Of a DNA stretch of 64,000 bases, positions 27,658-40,842 are shown in pieces. Where the stretch lies: positions 73,641,736 to 73,705,735 of the forward strand of contig NC_054742.1 of the NCBI RefSeq assembly GCF_018143015.1, in the 5' to 3' direction. How positions within the stretch are numbered: the stretch's first letter is position 1; every line of letters begins with the position of its first letter. The stretch is from Lytechinus variegatus. Taxonomy: Eukaryota. The position numbers and the translations under genes were made by a program. The notes below the pieces were generated by a model that ran no database searches, had not been told where the DNA came from, and saw nothing but the letters and a program-made list of their open reading frames with translations.

Positions 27658-27965
27658 CTGGATGTGTCTAAGATTCTTGGCGACTTTTCACAAACTCTGG
27701 GAGCTCAGGATCACGGCGGTTCCTGTCTCTGGTCTTTGATGGGCTTCCTGCCTTCTGCACAGGGCGCAACACCCGCCTAAACTGCTCACTGTAACTACCA
27801 CTGAGCTCCAGCTCACTGTCTGATGGATTATTATCCCGGGTAGATGTTGCCATTGGTCTCTATTCCTTGCTTATCAGCAAGCACATTGATGTTGATACTT
27901 CCATTCTCTGAAGACGATTCAGAGCCCTTTATCCTGTCTTGCGTCGAATCATGTTTCGATGATAC

Positions 27966-28400
27966 CTTGTTGTCCAAACCAGACGAGCGTTCTGCTTCAC
28001 AGGGGATGTTTAAGGTCAAGGCATTCTTTGTTGCTTTGCTCGTCACATCATGCTTTGCATTGTGGGATAGTGAATCTTTAGTTCTCTCTTTACCCCTCTT
28101 CCTGTTATTCCTCTCGGCCTGTCTCTCGCCCCGCCCTTTAACATCCTTCTGGAGGTTATTCTGGTTACGAATGATGACTTTGGGAATGTCGTACTTCTGC
28201 TTCGCAGCCTTCCCATCATTCTCTTGCACCTTGTTGATGTTGTTGTCAAGAGCGAGGATCTTTGTTGACTCCATCATGCTGTCCGCTTTCTCCACATGAG
28301 CTGACTTCAGTTTGAAGCAGTGGACACAGAGGTGTACTTTGAAGCGATGTTGTTCGAAAGCCGAGCAAGCCGAAGTGGTAGCTTTCTGATCTTCCAACAT
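27966..28400 (-). CDS. Putative first coding exon, with ATG at 28400-28398. It begins MLEDQKATTSACSAFEQHRFKVHLCVHCFKLKSAHVEKAD... and could instead run continuously into the next exon if the frame changes at 27.66-27.87 kb are indels rather than an intron.
   Basis: A 189-codon open frame with an in-frame TAA 10 codons upstream of the ATG and a candidate acceptor ctgtttcatttaaag just upstream. A candidate phase-0 donor AAG|GTATCA lies at 27964-27966 and a phase-0 acceptor ...catccag|AGCATGGGG at 27658-27660, giving a 308-nt putative intron. Between them, however, frames C and D still read as S/R-rich protein. Confidence 0.4.
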
Positions 28401-31400
28401 TTCTTTAAATGAAACAGATCCCTTCCCTTAAAATCTTTGATGTTCAAGCCTCATGGTTGACAAGTTAACTTGGTTATTCATCCGCAAAATGGACCTGAAG
28501 AAAAGACAAAACAATGAGACAAAATACCATTAGTTATAAAGTATTGATGATAAGGTTTCAAAAAACAATATCACATGTGGGAACATTGAAGTGGTACATG
28601 TACAGCACTTCACCCAAGTATGCAATAACAAAGTAAAAAAAACACAATAAGCTAGTTTTAATTGATTTAAGTCATATCGACCTCAAAGTGTGCATTCCTG
28701 ATACATTGTAACAATAATAGAACATTAAATATTATCGACCAAGTATAAGATCACTTACAATAATGGGAAATGCATGCTTGAAATGTCTTCTGACTCTTAT
28801 TCCATAATACAGACACACAGATACAACTCTAAAATGTTGAAAATGAATCATCAAATTACTACATGAACTCCCATTTGTGGGTGAATCACACTTGATGAAA
28901 AATTGCTCACATGAATGTATTCAAGCTTAAACAGCTTTTTCAAACTTTGTTCTGATACATGTAAAACTGCATGACAAATTGACATCATACCAGGCCAAAT
29001 GTACATCCTAGTCCTATATTATGTTCTCACACAAAATTACAAATTAAGCTTTAAATAGTTTATACTCTAGGCTGAAAATAACACTATAAAATGAATAAAA
29101 GTAAAATTGAACAAGCACAGCACTGAAAATTTCATCATATTCAAATGTGTAAAAACAATTGTTTTGGCAAATTTGGGTTATTCCATATTTTGCTGAAACA
29201 GTTGATGATGTCATATCTTCACCCTTTCTTTGGAATTTCTTTTACGTATGTAATCAAATTATTCAAATTATTCTTCTCTAAGAATGTTAAAAAATATTTG
29301 ACTACTGACTGAATATTCTGTCACAAGGGAAATCAACAAGTATACTGAAAAAAATAACATTTAAAATTTCATATGACAAAATAAGAAAAAGGAAAGTATT
29401 AAGACATCACCATCAATTGCATATCAGCAGATTTGGAGTAATTACATGTAGCTGAATTGGATGTGCCAGCACATACATGTATGAATGTTTTTAACAGAAA
29501 TATGGCGCACTATAAATGCTGTGGACTAACGTCAACCTATTCATCACAACATGCACGCAACTGTTTTTATACTGAAATGTGCATAATTTCAAGATTAAAT
29601 ATATTCTGACCTTATTTTTCAATACAAACAATAAGCCCTTTTCAGATAGACAGATGAGCATCCAACCAAACATACACTCACACACACAACAACATAACTA
29701 AAGACGTATCTTTAGAAAATTTAAAAATAAAGAATTATTAATATTTTTTACTGTAGTTAATAAAGAACTTCAATATTTACAAACACAGGTCATATTCCTC
29801 TCAACAACTACATAAATTGTGTCACTGACAGGGAAGATAGTAGGCCGAATTCTTCTTAAATTACTCATTACACCATTTTTACAAACTAAAGTTAACATGA
29901 AATGTTTTTCCCCCTAAAAATTATATTTGTGGAAAAAATGACAACAAACATCATGGCTTCTGTCAACTAGGACAGACCGTCCTAACCTCTTTTCCACAGG
30001 AGTAATCCAAAGTTTAACCCTATCAATCCTCTTCGGATAAGAAATATATTGCTGGTATAAAAGCTGGTAGCAATGACGGAGAAATCCATTCCATTCAGGG
30101 CTAAGTTCCTGCTCAGACTTCATGGCAACCGAGGGCTATCAACGCTCGGCAAAGGTTTGACCTCTTTTCAGGTTCAAATACGCCTTGATAGTACGGGCAT
30201 ATTTACACCAGCCAGAGATTTCAATATCATGCTACTTCTGTTCCAGCAAATCTTCCAAATCAAAATAATTTTGAGATTATTTCTAATAAAGACAATTTTT
30301 GGATATTTTGTGGGATTCCATCCTAGGATTACAATTTTCAAGGTGACTCACTGGGGATTTTTTTTTTTTTTACTTTGCATAGAGTACTACATGTATGACA
30401 TGATTTCTAGAGTCTTGGAGAATAGAAAAGATATTTGAAGACTCATAAAAAAAAATGTGAATAGAAATGAAAAATGTGCCTGACAACCAATCAAGAAAAA
30501 AAATGCATCAGAATGCAATCATTTACAAAGGATTTTTTTTAATATTGAAAAAGAATGATCTTGATACAGGCCTCTTAAATAAAAGTAAAATCTCAGCATT
30601 CTCGGAGGACATTCCTCACAAAAAATAATTAATCCCCCCAAAATCTCTTTTAGAATACCTGATGTAGAAAAGAAAAAAAGAAATTGTAACCAAAACTTTT
30701 GGTTTACAAAAGTATGTAAAAAACATTCACTTCATCAGATGTACTTGTTTGATAATTCCATACTTGTACATTGTATGGAGAATGATGTGTCAGGGCTGTG
30801 AGAATTTTTTTCCGGTGTATCATTGGAATTCAGTAACTAATAGGAGAATGTAAAAAAAAAATATTATTTTGGTAAAATAGATCAATGAGAACAATTTTAC
30901 AATTAAGTTCTCTCTTCTAGGAAAAGGAGTAAAACAGTTTTGCATTGTTTATCCTCATCATCAATGAGAGATGAATATAGATCATTAAACATTGTTCAAT
31001 AAAATACTAATATTCTCACATCCATGTAAAGGAAAATACAAGGCTTCATGGATGGATAGAGTAATCTACATTGTATATACAGGTTTGCAAACTTTTTGAA
31101 ATGACAAAAATAAACTAGAAAAACTTTTTTTCTAAATATTGTTTATCCTCATCATCTATGTGAGATGAATATACATGTAAATTATAATATTATTCAATGA
31201 AATACTTTTCTTATCCCCATTTCCTATGTGCAGTAAATGCAGAGGATATTACAAGGCTTGATGAATGAATATTAAACAAAATCTACATTTCAAACAATAC
31301 AGGTTTTCAAACTTTTTAAAACTGGCAGAAATAATGTTAAGCTTCATAAACAAGAGGCCTCTCACCATGATTTATTTGATTACAAAACTGTCCATTTCCA

Positions 31401-32940
31401 AATCGGTCCGTGTCCACAACAAAATCACAAAGATATATCTACTCTCCTTATCCCATAATATTCCTTCGGATCCTTCCTACTAGGTAACCAAATCCAGAGT
31501 AATCACGACTCAAGGAAACCGGCAGTTTAAGAACTGCACACAACACCACTCCAAAAGTTTGATCAGCTGTACTACCCTGGGTAAATCACGACTCAAGAGG
31601 GCAGCAGACAAATTCTGATAATTTATAGCCAAGAGTTCAGCTAAAAATTATCAATCCGATGGGAATGAACGGATGGTGTCAAAATTATTATTACACTGTA
31701 GAAGAATTCCTGCAAACTCCTATCTTTATAATATATGTATATACTCGCTTTAGATTTGGTACAGCATACTTGCACACAATTTACATTGGCCTAAAGTACT
31801 TGAAATAAAGTGTTTTTAAGTTGACTATAACTATAACTTAAATGATCATAATGATCACAGTCATTCAATGAACATAGTCAACATACCACTGCTGTACAAT
31901 TCCAAGGACTGTGATGCATTGTGATGTACATGTAGACCTGCACAAGAACCCCAAATGTCCTCAATTAAACATATATCTAGTGAACTTGATAAAAAAAGGT
32001 TTTTATCTTGTTGAAATGTTCATCTTGGCCTATCCTATACACTTCCATTTATTTCCATATTAATTTAATGTGCTTGACATGATAAGTTTAGATCCAATGT
32101 AGATCAAAATCTATGGTCTTGGATGCCATTATAGTTTGCTTCATTGGCATCGGATATTTACTTTGCCCCTTCAAAAAAAAAGTCTCATATGTGCTGTTAC
32201 ACAGAAAATGCCCACACAAAAATAACTTGCCCTAAAATTATAGTAATTCATGAGGGCAGGCCTACACCTCCATGATTAAATCTTAACTTTTCAAGCACAT
32301 TACAAAACAAAGAAATGGATGTGTATAAATAGGCCAAGATGAACATTTAGTCGAGTCAAGATAAAACCATGGACCCTACCTTCAAGTTCAAATGTACATG
32401 CAGCATACCAATAAATCACAGGTGTAGACAAGTACTTTCGATAGTGCACTTAATATCAGCCCACACCCACATTTTTTTTTCAGAAGCCAAGAATTGGGAT
32501 GAGGAATGGGCCATAATAAATCATGGGAGAGGCATAAACAACTATGCACTTTCCATGACCTTTCACCTCAGTTGACCTCGATCAGTTACCTTGTATGTTT
32601 GTTCAAGGTTTAGAGCAGGATCAACTTTCTCTTTTCCTGGGGATGTATCCTGGGAGAAATAAAGCCATAATCAAGATGCTCAGTGAATTGAGGCCATCCT
32701 TTCATAGGCATGGTCATTGGTGGTATATGAACATAATACTGTACATGTATGTATTCTGTATTTCTTTATTTTTATTTTGCAAATAATATAGTGAATATTT
32801 CAACCAAGGAGGGTGGCTGCAAGTAATTGGCTACATGTACAGATCCTTTGCAAAGATGTGTGTTACTTTTTAGGAAAAGCTTGATACACCACCCGTATAT
32901 AATGCAATAAGATTATAAAAGTACTCCTTTTTTGCACTAT

Positions 32941-33215
32941 CATCACTGTACCGATACCACCAGCCCCCCCCCCCCCTATATACAAAGAGTTATGATTGAT
33001 CCAATTAACCTAATGTATATGGAAATCTATCAATGTCAAAGTTTTTTCTTTAGGAAATTTGCGCTTTGAAAACAAAGAGAAGCATACTGAATTCTCAAGA
33101 AAACAGAATATATGAATATACATCATATCTAGAGTATATTTTGAACAAACATGTTGATGTTGCTGGCTTTCCATAGTTTGGATCAATCGTAACTCTTTGT
33201 AAGACTGGACCCAGA
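32941..33215 (+). mobile_element. Second copy of the LINE 3' tail. It is either a 5'-truncated LINE copy or a SINE sharing the LINE tail.
   Basis: 32990-33215 aligns with 55690-55925 (tatggaaatc..caaagagaagca.actgaatt...gaatatacatcat...gctggctttccatagtt..ggatcaatcg.aactctttgt.aga) at roughly 85% identity. It ends gactggacccagacc. Confidence 0.5.
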
Positions 33216-36200
33216 CCTACATGTATCTAGGCTCTAACTCCAAGCTACAACCTTCTCAACATATAATTTGTAAATGTCAAGGACATACATGTAAAATACA
33301 CATGTAATTGTAAAGCACTCAAATTATGACAATTTCCTCTTAGTGTCAGTTTAATATCTCCTACACAAATAAATGATACCATAAATATTTAGGCACAATA
33401 GAGCGAGAGGCGTAAAATGCATTATATTCTGATTCAATGACCCGAAATTGACAAATGTTCGCACTTCGCAATGACCTGGGAGATTGTTGCGCAGGTGAGA
33501 CACTGAATAGGTCTGTACACACCCAATGGATGCAGGGCGAAAAGGAATAATGACGTGAAAATAATGGCTCAGTTACTTGTTGCCAGCCTTATTGGAAACA
33601 AACGTTCATTTAATCCTTACATGTAATTCTTTTTCATGAGCTAATTAATTTTTCTGTATTAGAGATATTTAGAGGAAAAAATCAGTATAGGGGCAACAAC
33701 TAATAGTTTTTAGCTACAATAAAGGCCTGTACACCTACAGGTACACAAAAACAAAACATGCAGAATTTTCTGCCTAAGTTATTGTTACTGTTGTCGAAAT
33801 TGATTAATTTAATAAACTCAAAATATACTGGTGTGATATATTTACACACATTGCAAATCTACAACAAAAAATAATTTGGACAAGAAACTAAAATTGTACC
33901 TGTTACTAACAGCATGTTTTAAATCAAATAGAAGCCTACACGCCTAAATGTACTTGTAATTTCACAAAGGGATTTTCCCTCCAAATCTCTTCAAAATTTT
34001 ACATCAAGGTTTCCCTAAATAATAAAACATTTGACCTTAGTTTTATCATCTGCAACAGGTTGAGGGAGGCATCAAACACACTCAGCATCCTTGTTTGCAA
34101 TAGTAAGTAAGCATACAGGATGTTGATCTGTAGATCAAAGGTTCACAAAACCTATGTCAACACCAACAACCATGTAGGCCTATTTTTATAATGGTTTTAT
34201 AAGTAAATGACGCGATATTAAAAATAGCTACCGTATTAAGCATGCAGGTTTAAACTCCATAACCGTTTGAACTGGGGCCAATTGAACCTATCAGAGTATT
34301 TTTCTCACCCAAGTCCAGTACGTTTTCTAAGAATATTGAACCTACATAACCTTGTGTTAAACATTCTGAAAATTTCCATATTTCCATTTTACATGTATAG
34401 TACTCATTATGGAAACCTCAAATCAAGCAAACATAAGATTATGACACTTCTTGCTAAAATTTAATTGTGTCTGTGATGTTTCTTGGATTCTGGAGTCTGT
34501 AGAATCTTGTGGAACAGAAAGCCTGCAATCTCTATTGGACAAAGATCTAATTACAGGCACTTTATTTCTTTCCAATCAAGAAACTATAGACACTTCATAC
34601 TCTAGTTTTTGTATACAATGTCAGGTGAAAGCCTGCGATATACATGTAGTTTCTGCAGACATTACCATAGCAAAACTCTTTTAAAATCTAAACGTCATAA
34701 CTCTCTTTCGCTTGGTGTACTAGATGTTGTACATTTCAGGTTATCCTGCAATGAGAAGACCCAACCCTGTTGACAATCCGCCCCTCCCGTCACCTTATGT
34801 TCATACACCCATCTGCTTATTGTGTTTGAACTATCATGATCTATCAAAAAGACCCCATTCACATTACAATCTTAAAAGCTAGTTTTGAAACCAGTTTAAA
34901 GTACATGTATAATGGGAAGCGGTCTTGGCACCGACCTTAAGTGGTCTTCCAAGAGGTTTGGAAAACAACCTCGCGATGGAGTTTTGAAGATCGCTTTGCC
35001 TCGTTAAAATGGCAAGCTTCGCACATTTTGAGCATGCTACATGTACATGTACTCCACAAACTGTGTGTAAAATGTCGCCGTTCAAATTTTGCAAAACATG
35101 TCCACTCACTGAGAGCGTTCTCGTAGCAACGAAACCGCTTTACGTGAAATGGTTTGAAAACCACTTTCAGGTGATAAGATGGGAATGCTAGCAATTAGCA
35201 AATGTTATCTTTCAAAATGGTTCCCTGAACCGGTTTAGGAGTCCTGTATTAATGAGATGAGTTTTCATAACAGTGGGGTCTATATGTACATGTGATAAAA
35301 AGATTTTTAAGTCTGTGGTACTTCCACCTGTATTTGAACAAACATGTCTACATTACAAGTACTGACTAATGTATTAAAAGTGATGCATGTTCTCTTTGCT
35401 TTGGTGCCCAAACCAGGGAAACTGGACTCCGCCCACATGTGAGTACAATTGCCTCCTGTATGTACAAAGGCTTGAGCTCTGCAGTCACATGTATTTTTAG
35501 AAAAGATTCAAGCTAATCAAACTTGATCAACCACAAAGTGTGTTTTCATGTAATGCTATCACGCTTGTTCAATCATTCTGGAATGAACTAATTGTTATCA
35601 TTTTCAAGGATGTCTCTTATGAAGAATAGAAATTAAAAAAAAAAAGATTTGTTTACAGTTGCATTGCTATTATTCAACATAATATTGCAAATAACATGTA
35701 TCTCTTTAGCAACCTCCAAAGAGTAATGCCTTGATCTGAAGCAATAAATTTATTTCATTCACTAAAAACTACATACATGTACAAGAAAACATTATCAACG
35801 AAAGTACAGTAATCTGATAGACAATACTTAGGCAGGACTGCCTAAAAATATACAAAATATATAAATTAGAATTTAAAATAAAGGAAATAAAAAATCATAT
35901 AAATTTACCCTGGATTTCATTTATAACATATAGGCCTAGGTGATATATACAGTATCCCCTCCCCCATTTGTGAATAATCAATATTATAAGGAAACAGAAC
36001 TGACTGGTGGTAGCTTATCTATAGTCTCAAGGTTCACTGTACTGTACACTACAACCACTGGGAAGATTAGTCAAGTATTATCAAGGATGCAACCATTCAT
36101 CTTCCAAGAACGTTATTACTCAAATCAGGGACTTACATCATAGATTATTGAGTCTATTTTCTCATTATTTTGAATTCTAGTTACATCAATCTTGTTTGCA

Positions 36201-37689
36201 GTCCACTTCCTCCTTGATTCATCAACAACATGTTAAGGGAGAATTTATACAGCTTCCCACCCTTGGGAAGATAATTACAGTATTCTATGATAGTATGATC
36301 CTAAATTTAAGACTATTTTTCACTTAACTACAATAAAAAGAACAACAACAACAAATATACTGGGAACAGGAAGCAATCTAACACATTATTTACTCATGAT
36401 AATGGATGAAAAACCCTTCAATTCCAGATGAGCTTAAAGTTTCATTATAGTATACATGTAAATCTTGCTCCAATCATGTTGCTAACTAAACCTAAGACTT
36501 CAAAATTTTGTGTAAATAATATTTCTTCTTTTCATTTTACTTTCTTCACAATATTGACATTCAAATTTAAACCTTACATGTTAATTGAAATTACATTTTG
36601 GAATTTGGATTGGCACGCTGCATATTTTGTTATTTCTTATCCGGGTTAGTGTCTTTGACGTCTTCCGATGTTAGCTATGGTGGTACTTTCCAGGACCCAT
36701 GATGTACATGTATGCCCCCCCAAAAAAAGAAGAAAATAACAGAGCCCCACATGGTACGTGTACAGTACACTGTGATGGATACATGTATATTGCATCAGGT
36801 ACATTTATTTTAGCCCATACAAAATTTGAACTAAATGGGAGTGGGGTAGGCCTATACATACATTACTTATAACTAAACAATTGAAGTGTGATCATAAGAA
36901 CAAATAGTAAAGTATATACACTGATGTTTTTATTCAAATACATGAAGTTCAAAATCATATTTTTATGCCAAGATTAATGCAGGAACACTTTTATAGTAAG
37001 GAAATTTCATCAAGTACTAAAAATAAGCTTAATCATCCCAGAACAAAGAAACCCAAATACAGATGATGAATCCATATATTTGCTAGATCGATCTGAGGTA
37101 GATCAAGTAAACAAACTTTGTTATTGAATCAGCCGAGTTGAATAGAAGAACCCTTGCCTTACGATTGCAGCCGTTTAACCACTGATTGAATGGGTAACAC
37201 CCGGTGCTATCAGCCACATACAATTGGACCATATTCGTGGGGGATCATTCGAAGTAGATTTAATGAAAAAAAATTGGTGAATAACAATTTTGATCTATGT
37301 GTACCCAACCATATGTTCAATGTATTTTCTATGCTTTTTTAACATCACACTATAAAAAAATACTGAAAATTCAAACAAAATATATCATATTTAGCTTTGA
37401 TTGGAGAAAATATATAAAGGCCTCAAAGACTAGCGAAATTTGAATGTACGTTAACTGTTTAATGTTTAGTGACTTTTTTGTATACTAAAAAATAATAGGC
37501 CATAGGCATATAGATATATACAAATTGCATATGTATATTGTGTTGACCATTATCATGAATATGTTGCCCACACAAATGTCTATGTTTCCAAATCTTATTA
37601 TTTAGGGAGAAAAAAAACACCTTTCCACCCAGATTTAAAATTGAGGTTTGAGAGGTGGGGAAGGGTGGTTTCATAGTGCATGCTTGCTA

Positions 37690-37810
37690 ACTGTAGGCCC
37701 ATACATGTAGGCCTACATGTATAGTGTACATAGGCCTCAACAGTCAACACACTGTATTCATAAATAGTATCCTCAATTTTATTGTTTTTAAAGGTCAAGT
37801 TCATTCCAGA
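37690..37810 (+). repeat. Direct repeat of about 110 bp. Its partner is at 38630-38760, so the pair is 0.94 kb apart.
   Basis: catgtaggcct..gtaggcctc.a.agt.aacacact...tgtat.a.a.agtatcctca..aattta.tt.tttt is shared at about 75% identity. Confidence 0.35.
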
Positions 37811-38629
37811 ATAATGATGATTTGAATGTATATTAGGAGGCTGCACTCTACAAGCTCCGCTTTTTAGCAGCCTCCTCCATTTCCAACCTGAAAATCTTGA
37901 ATATAATTTTCTGTACAGGAATATTTGAAATATGTTTTGTTATTTATATAGGTCAACATGTACAGAAGAAACTGTAATTGTTGAAAATGGAAATAAACGA
38001 ATGAAATGAAAAAAAAAATGAAAAAAATAGAGAAAAATCAAACTAAACCGGTGACAATTTCATCAAAATCAGATTAAAAGTAAAAGATTATGATTTTTTA
38101 AAATTTGCTTAATTTTCACAAAACAGTGACAATATTACATCAGTTAATACCAGCACATGAAAAATACAATCAATGATTCACTCAGTTTCCTTTTTTTTTA
38201 ATTGATTAAATAATACAGTATTATTTTTTGATAGATTTATAATAAATAATGACATGTCACTTACAACATGTATAGTATAATTATAATGTCTACATGTCAT
38301 GTTCAGTTCAGGGTAATTAATTGTTGTTACTTGACAAGGAGAGAAAATTAGAATATGCCATATTTCATATAATAAAATACAAAAGAAATATTGAGTGGAT
38401 GATGTCATCAGTCTCCTCATTTGCATACCGACTAGGATGTGCATAAACTATTTTGTGAAATTAAGTACAACTTTTAATAAAATGTCATAACTTTCTTATT
38501 TTACATCCTATTTTGATGAAATTTTCAGTGTTATGCTTATTGGATTTTTTCTTTTTATTCAAATCAATGTTTTGTTGGGGTGGACTTGTCCTTTAACTGT
38601 TTTGCATTTAACCATATAAAATATGGAGG

Positions 38630-38760
38630 TGGCCTGTACTCTAGGCCGATATTCATGTAGCCTTGTAGGCCTCGAAAGTAAACACACTACACTGTATAAA
38701 GAGTATCCTCATCAATTTAGTTATTTTCTTTTTAACTCTATGTTAATAAAGTTAATATAT
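38630..38760 (+). repeat. Partner of the direct repeat at 37690-37810.
   Basis: See the partner feature. Confidence 0.35.
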
Positions 38761-39230
38761 CCATGTCTCTGTCCACAAGAATGATTGACACATGGATTTT
38801 AATCTAGCCTGTAGACAGTAAACAAACCAATGTCTGACCACACACTGCATGATACACTCCTCAGCAGTCTCCTGGTACTGCAGGCCAAAAACAAACATTG
38901 GACCACTTCTGAGTGTCAGAACTGATGGAGTTGCCTTTGTCAACAATCATCAATATTAACATGATAATGAGGTTGCACTTTGACAGGCTGCATGGGAAAC
39001 CAATTGTATTATTACATGTAAATTTATAACAGTAATATGTAAGAGGACACTTCTGTTCTCATTGTGGCAAGCACATGACATGCCTACATTGTACCATTGA
39101 CCTAGCTATGGGCTACCTACATGTATGTTATGTTTATGTTGTTTATTTTTTTTTTTCTTATGTTTCTTTGTTTTTTATGATGATCCTTTAATGTCAGGAT
39201 TTTATATCAATAAATTTTTGAATTTGTATG

Positions 39231-40254
39231 TAGGGCTGCGTTTATGCGACCTCGACCCAGAATCATGATTTGAATCACCATTTGAATCATGATTCAAAAC
39301 AGCAGCATGAATCACGATCCGACAGAATCAGCGTTTATACGACCATCTTTCTAATGCTGTTTCTCCCTGAATTCGGGCCGATCCAGTGCGCATCACAGTG
39401 TGCAGTTTGACCCAGGAAGTATAGGTCAACATTTTCGCACGTGTTTCTAACTTCACGTCGGCTGCTAGATTTTTGCTGCCACCGGAGCTAACGCGCGATC
39501 GTTTGTGCAAGTGCAACGCTTACTCGGCTTCCGAAAAATAATTCTTTTACTTCCAGAATTCTGTGTATTGTACCTCGTATTGTTTTTGATCGGGAACCAG
39601 AAGGGGTCATCATCCTCCCTCCCACCTCCCGATCGATTTTTCTTGTCTATGATGGTCCTGTACTGGGCACGAATTCTGTTAATTTTGTCTCGACAGGCGG
39701 TGCCACATCTCCGTTGAAATCCCTTCCTCGCAAGCGCCGCTGAAAGGGATCGTCTTATTTCTGTGAATCCCGGTAAGGGATGCTTGTGCTTCAGGCTGAG
39801 CCCAAAGCACAAGCAGAGCCCTGAGTTCATCGTCAGTCCAATTTGTGCCTTTGGAACTTGAAGAAATGATGGATGAAAACAATGAAATATACAAATGACG
39901 CTACAGTACAACCCCGGGGGTACAATACACAGAATGATAATTCTAAATGCTGGCAATACTGCTACACGAAAATTAACCTGCACGAACACAGCGCGCGCCT
40001 TTGAGTCGAACCCGGAAGAAGCACGACACAATGACGTCATAGAATCATGATTCAAATCACGATATCGTTCATACGACCTTTTTCGTTCGTGATTCTACAG
40101 AAACGTCTTTCCAAACGCCCCTTTTTTCGTGTTTCATGTTTGTGATTCTAATCATGATTATATTCAATTTCGACTAAACGCAATCGTGATTCTGCAGAAT
40201 CGTGATTTGAATCATGATTCTAGGGTAAAAAAGTGTCGAATAAACGCACCCTAG
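39231..40254. mobile_element. About 1 kb DNA transposon with 20-bp TIRs (TAGGGnTGCGTTTATnCGAC) and GAATCATGATTC-type subterminal repeats. It carries a degraded Myb/SANT-like DNA-binding ORF.
   Basis: The left end is tagggctgcgtttatgcgacc at 39231. The right end ...gtcgaataaacgcaccctag, ending at 40254, is its reverse complement. Multiple palindromic aatcatgattc / gaatcacgat copies lie within 100 bp of both ends. There is an internal ORF (see the next feature). Confidence 0.6.
39465..39894 (-). pseudogene. Frameshifted Myb/SANT-like (MADF/MSANTD-type) DNA-binding domain ORF carried by the TIR element.
   Basis: In one frame: WTDDELRALLVLWAQPEAQASLTGIHRNKTIPF. In a second frame: (E)IRRSLSAALARKGFQRRCGTACRDKINRIRAQYRTIIDKKNRSGGGREDDDPFWFP. 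Together they give the W..E...L...W...RN(K)...IA..L..KGF.R....C..KI..L...Y...K....SG......P.F signature of the Myb/SANT-like domain found in Harbinger/PIF Myb-like proteins and the NAIF1/MSANTD families. The two halves lie in different frames. Confidence 0.5.
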
Positions 40255-40265
40255 ACCATGTAGCC

Positions 40266-40842
40266 TGGGGGGGGGGGGGCACTTACATTGACGAGTGGAT
40301 ACCATGCACGACCAAAAAAAAATTGTAAAAAAGATGTCTTTTTCAAGATGTGTAGGGCATGTTACGTATAAAGTAATAAGGGTGTCAAAACACAAAAATA
40401 ATGATAAAGGGTATCTATTTACATTCTAAAGGAAAGCTATGTGATTAGGGTCAATTTGAGAGGGGTAAAAAATTAAGACAAAAATGTTTGATAAAGGATG
40501 TACTTTTTGCCCCACAAGTCAGCACTAAGTGTTAAGAGTACGATTTGCACCGAGATGTGGGAGGTGGGGCTGTGCTAAACCCAATGATGCAGGTAGGTCC
40601 ATGGTAAAACCAATTACTGTGACATAACAATAAAAATATCGCTTTACACGTACATGTAGGTACTTGTTTTGGGGGTCAATTCAGGGAATACTTGGCAAGA
40701 GTATCGTTTTGTTTCCAATACTTGTAGGGTTTCACATGCCAATACTTGTTAAGGGGTGCATTTTCAGAATATGGAAAATGTGTTTTTTGAGCCCATGGAC
40801 ATGCATGGTATCCACTCATCAATGCAAGTGCCCCCCCCCCCC
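40266..40842. mobile_element. MITE of about 577 bp with roughly 40-bp TIRs that begin with a 13-nt poly-G/poly-C run. It is flanked by a 9-10 bp target-site duplication CCATGTAGCC.
   Basis: The left end is t-G13-CACTTACATTGACGAGTGGATACCATGCA (40266-40310). The right end is TGCATGGTATCCACTCATCAATGCAAGTG-C13 (40802-40843). Direct copies of ccatgtagcc lie at 40256-40265 and 40842-40851. The element sits 1 bp from the right TIR of the Myb-ORF element. Confidence 0.6.

Noticed and set aside
39505-39717. Plus-strand 70-aa ORF inside the TIR transposon
   Set aside because: It is the mirror frame of the Myb/SANT-like ORF region and has no motifs.
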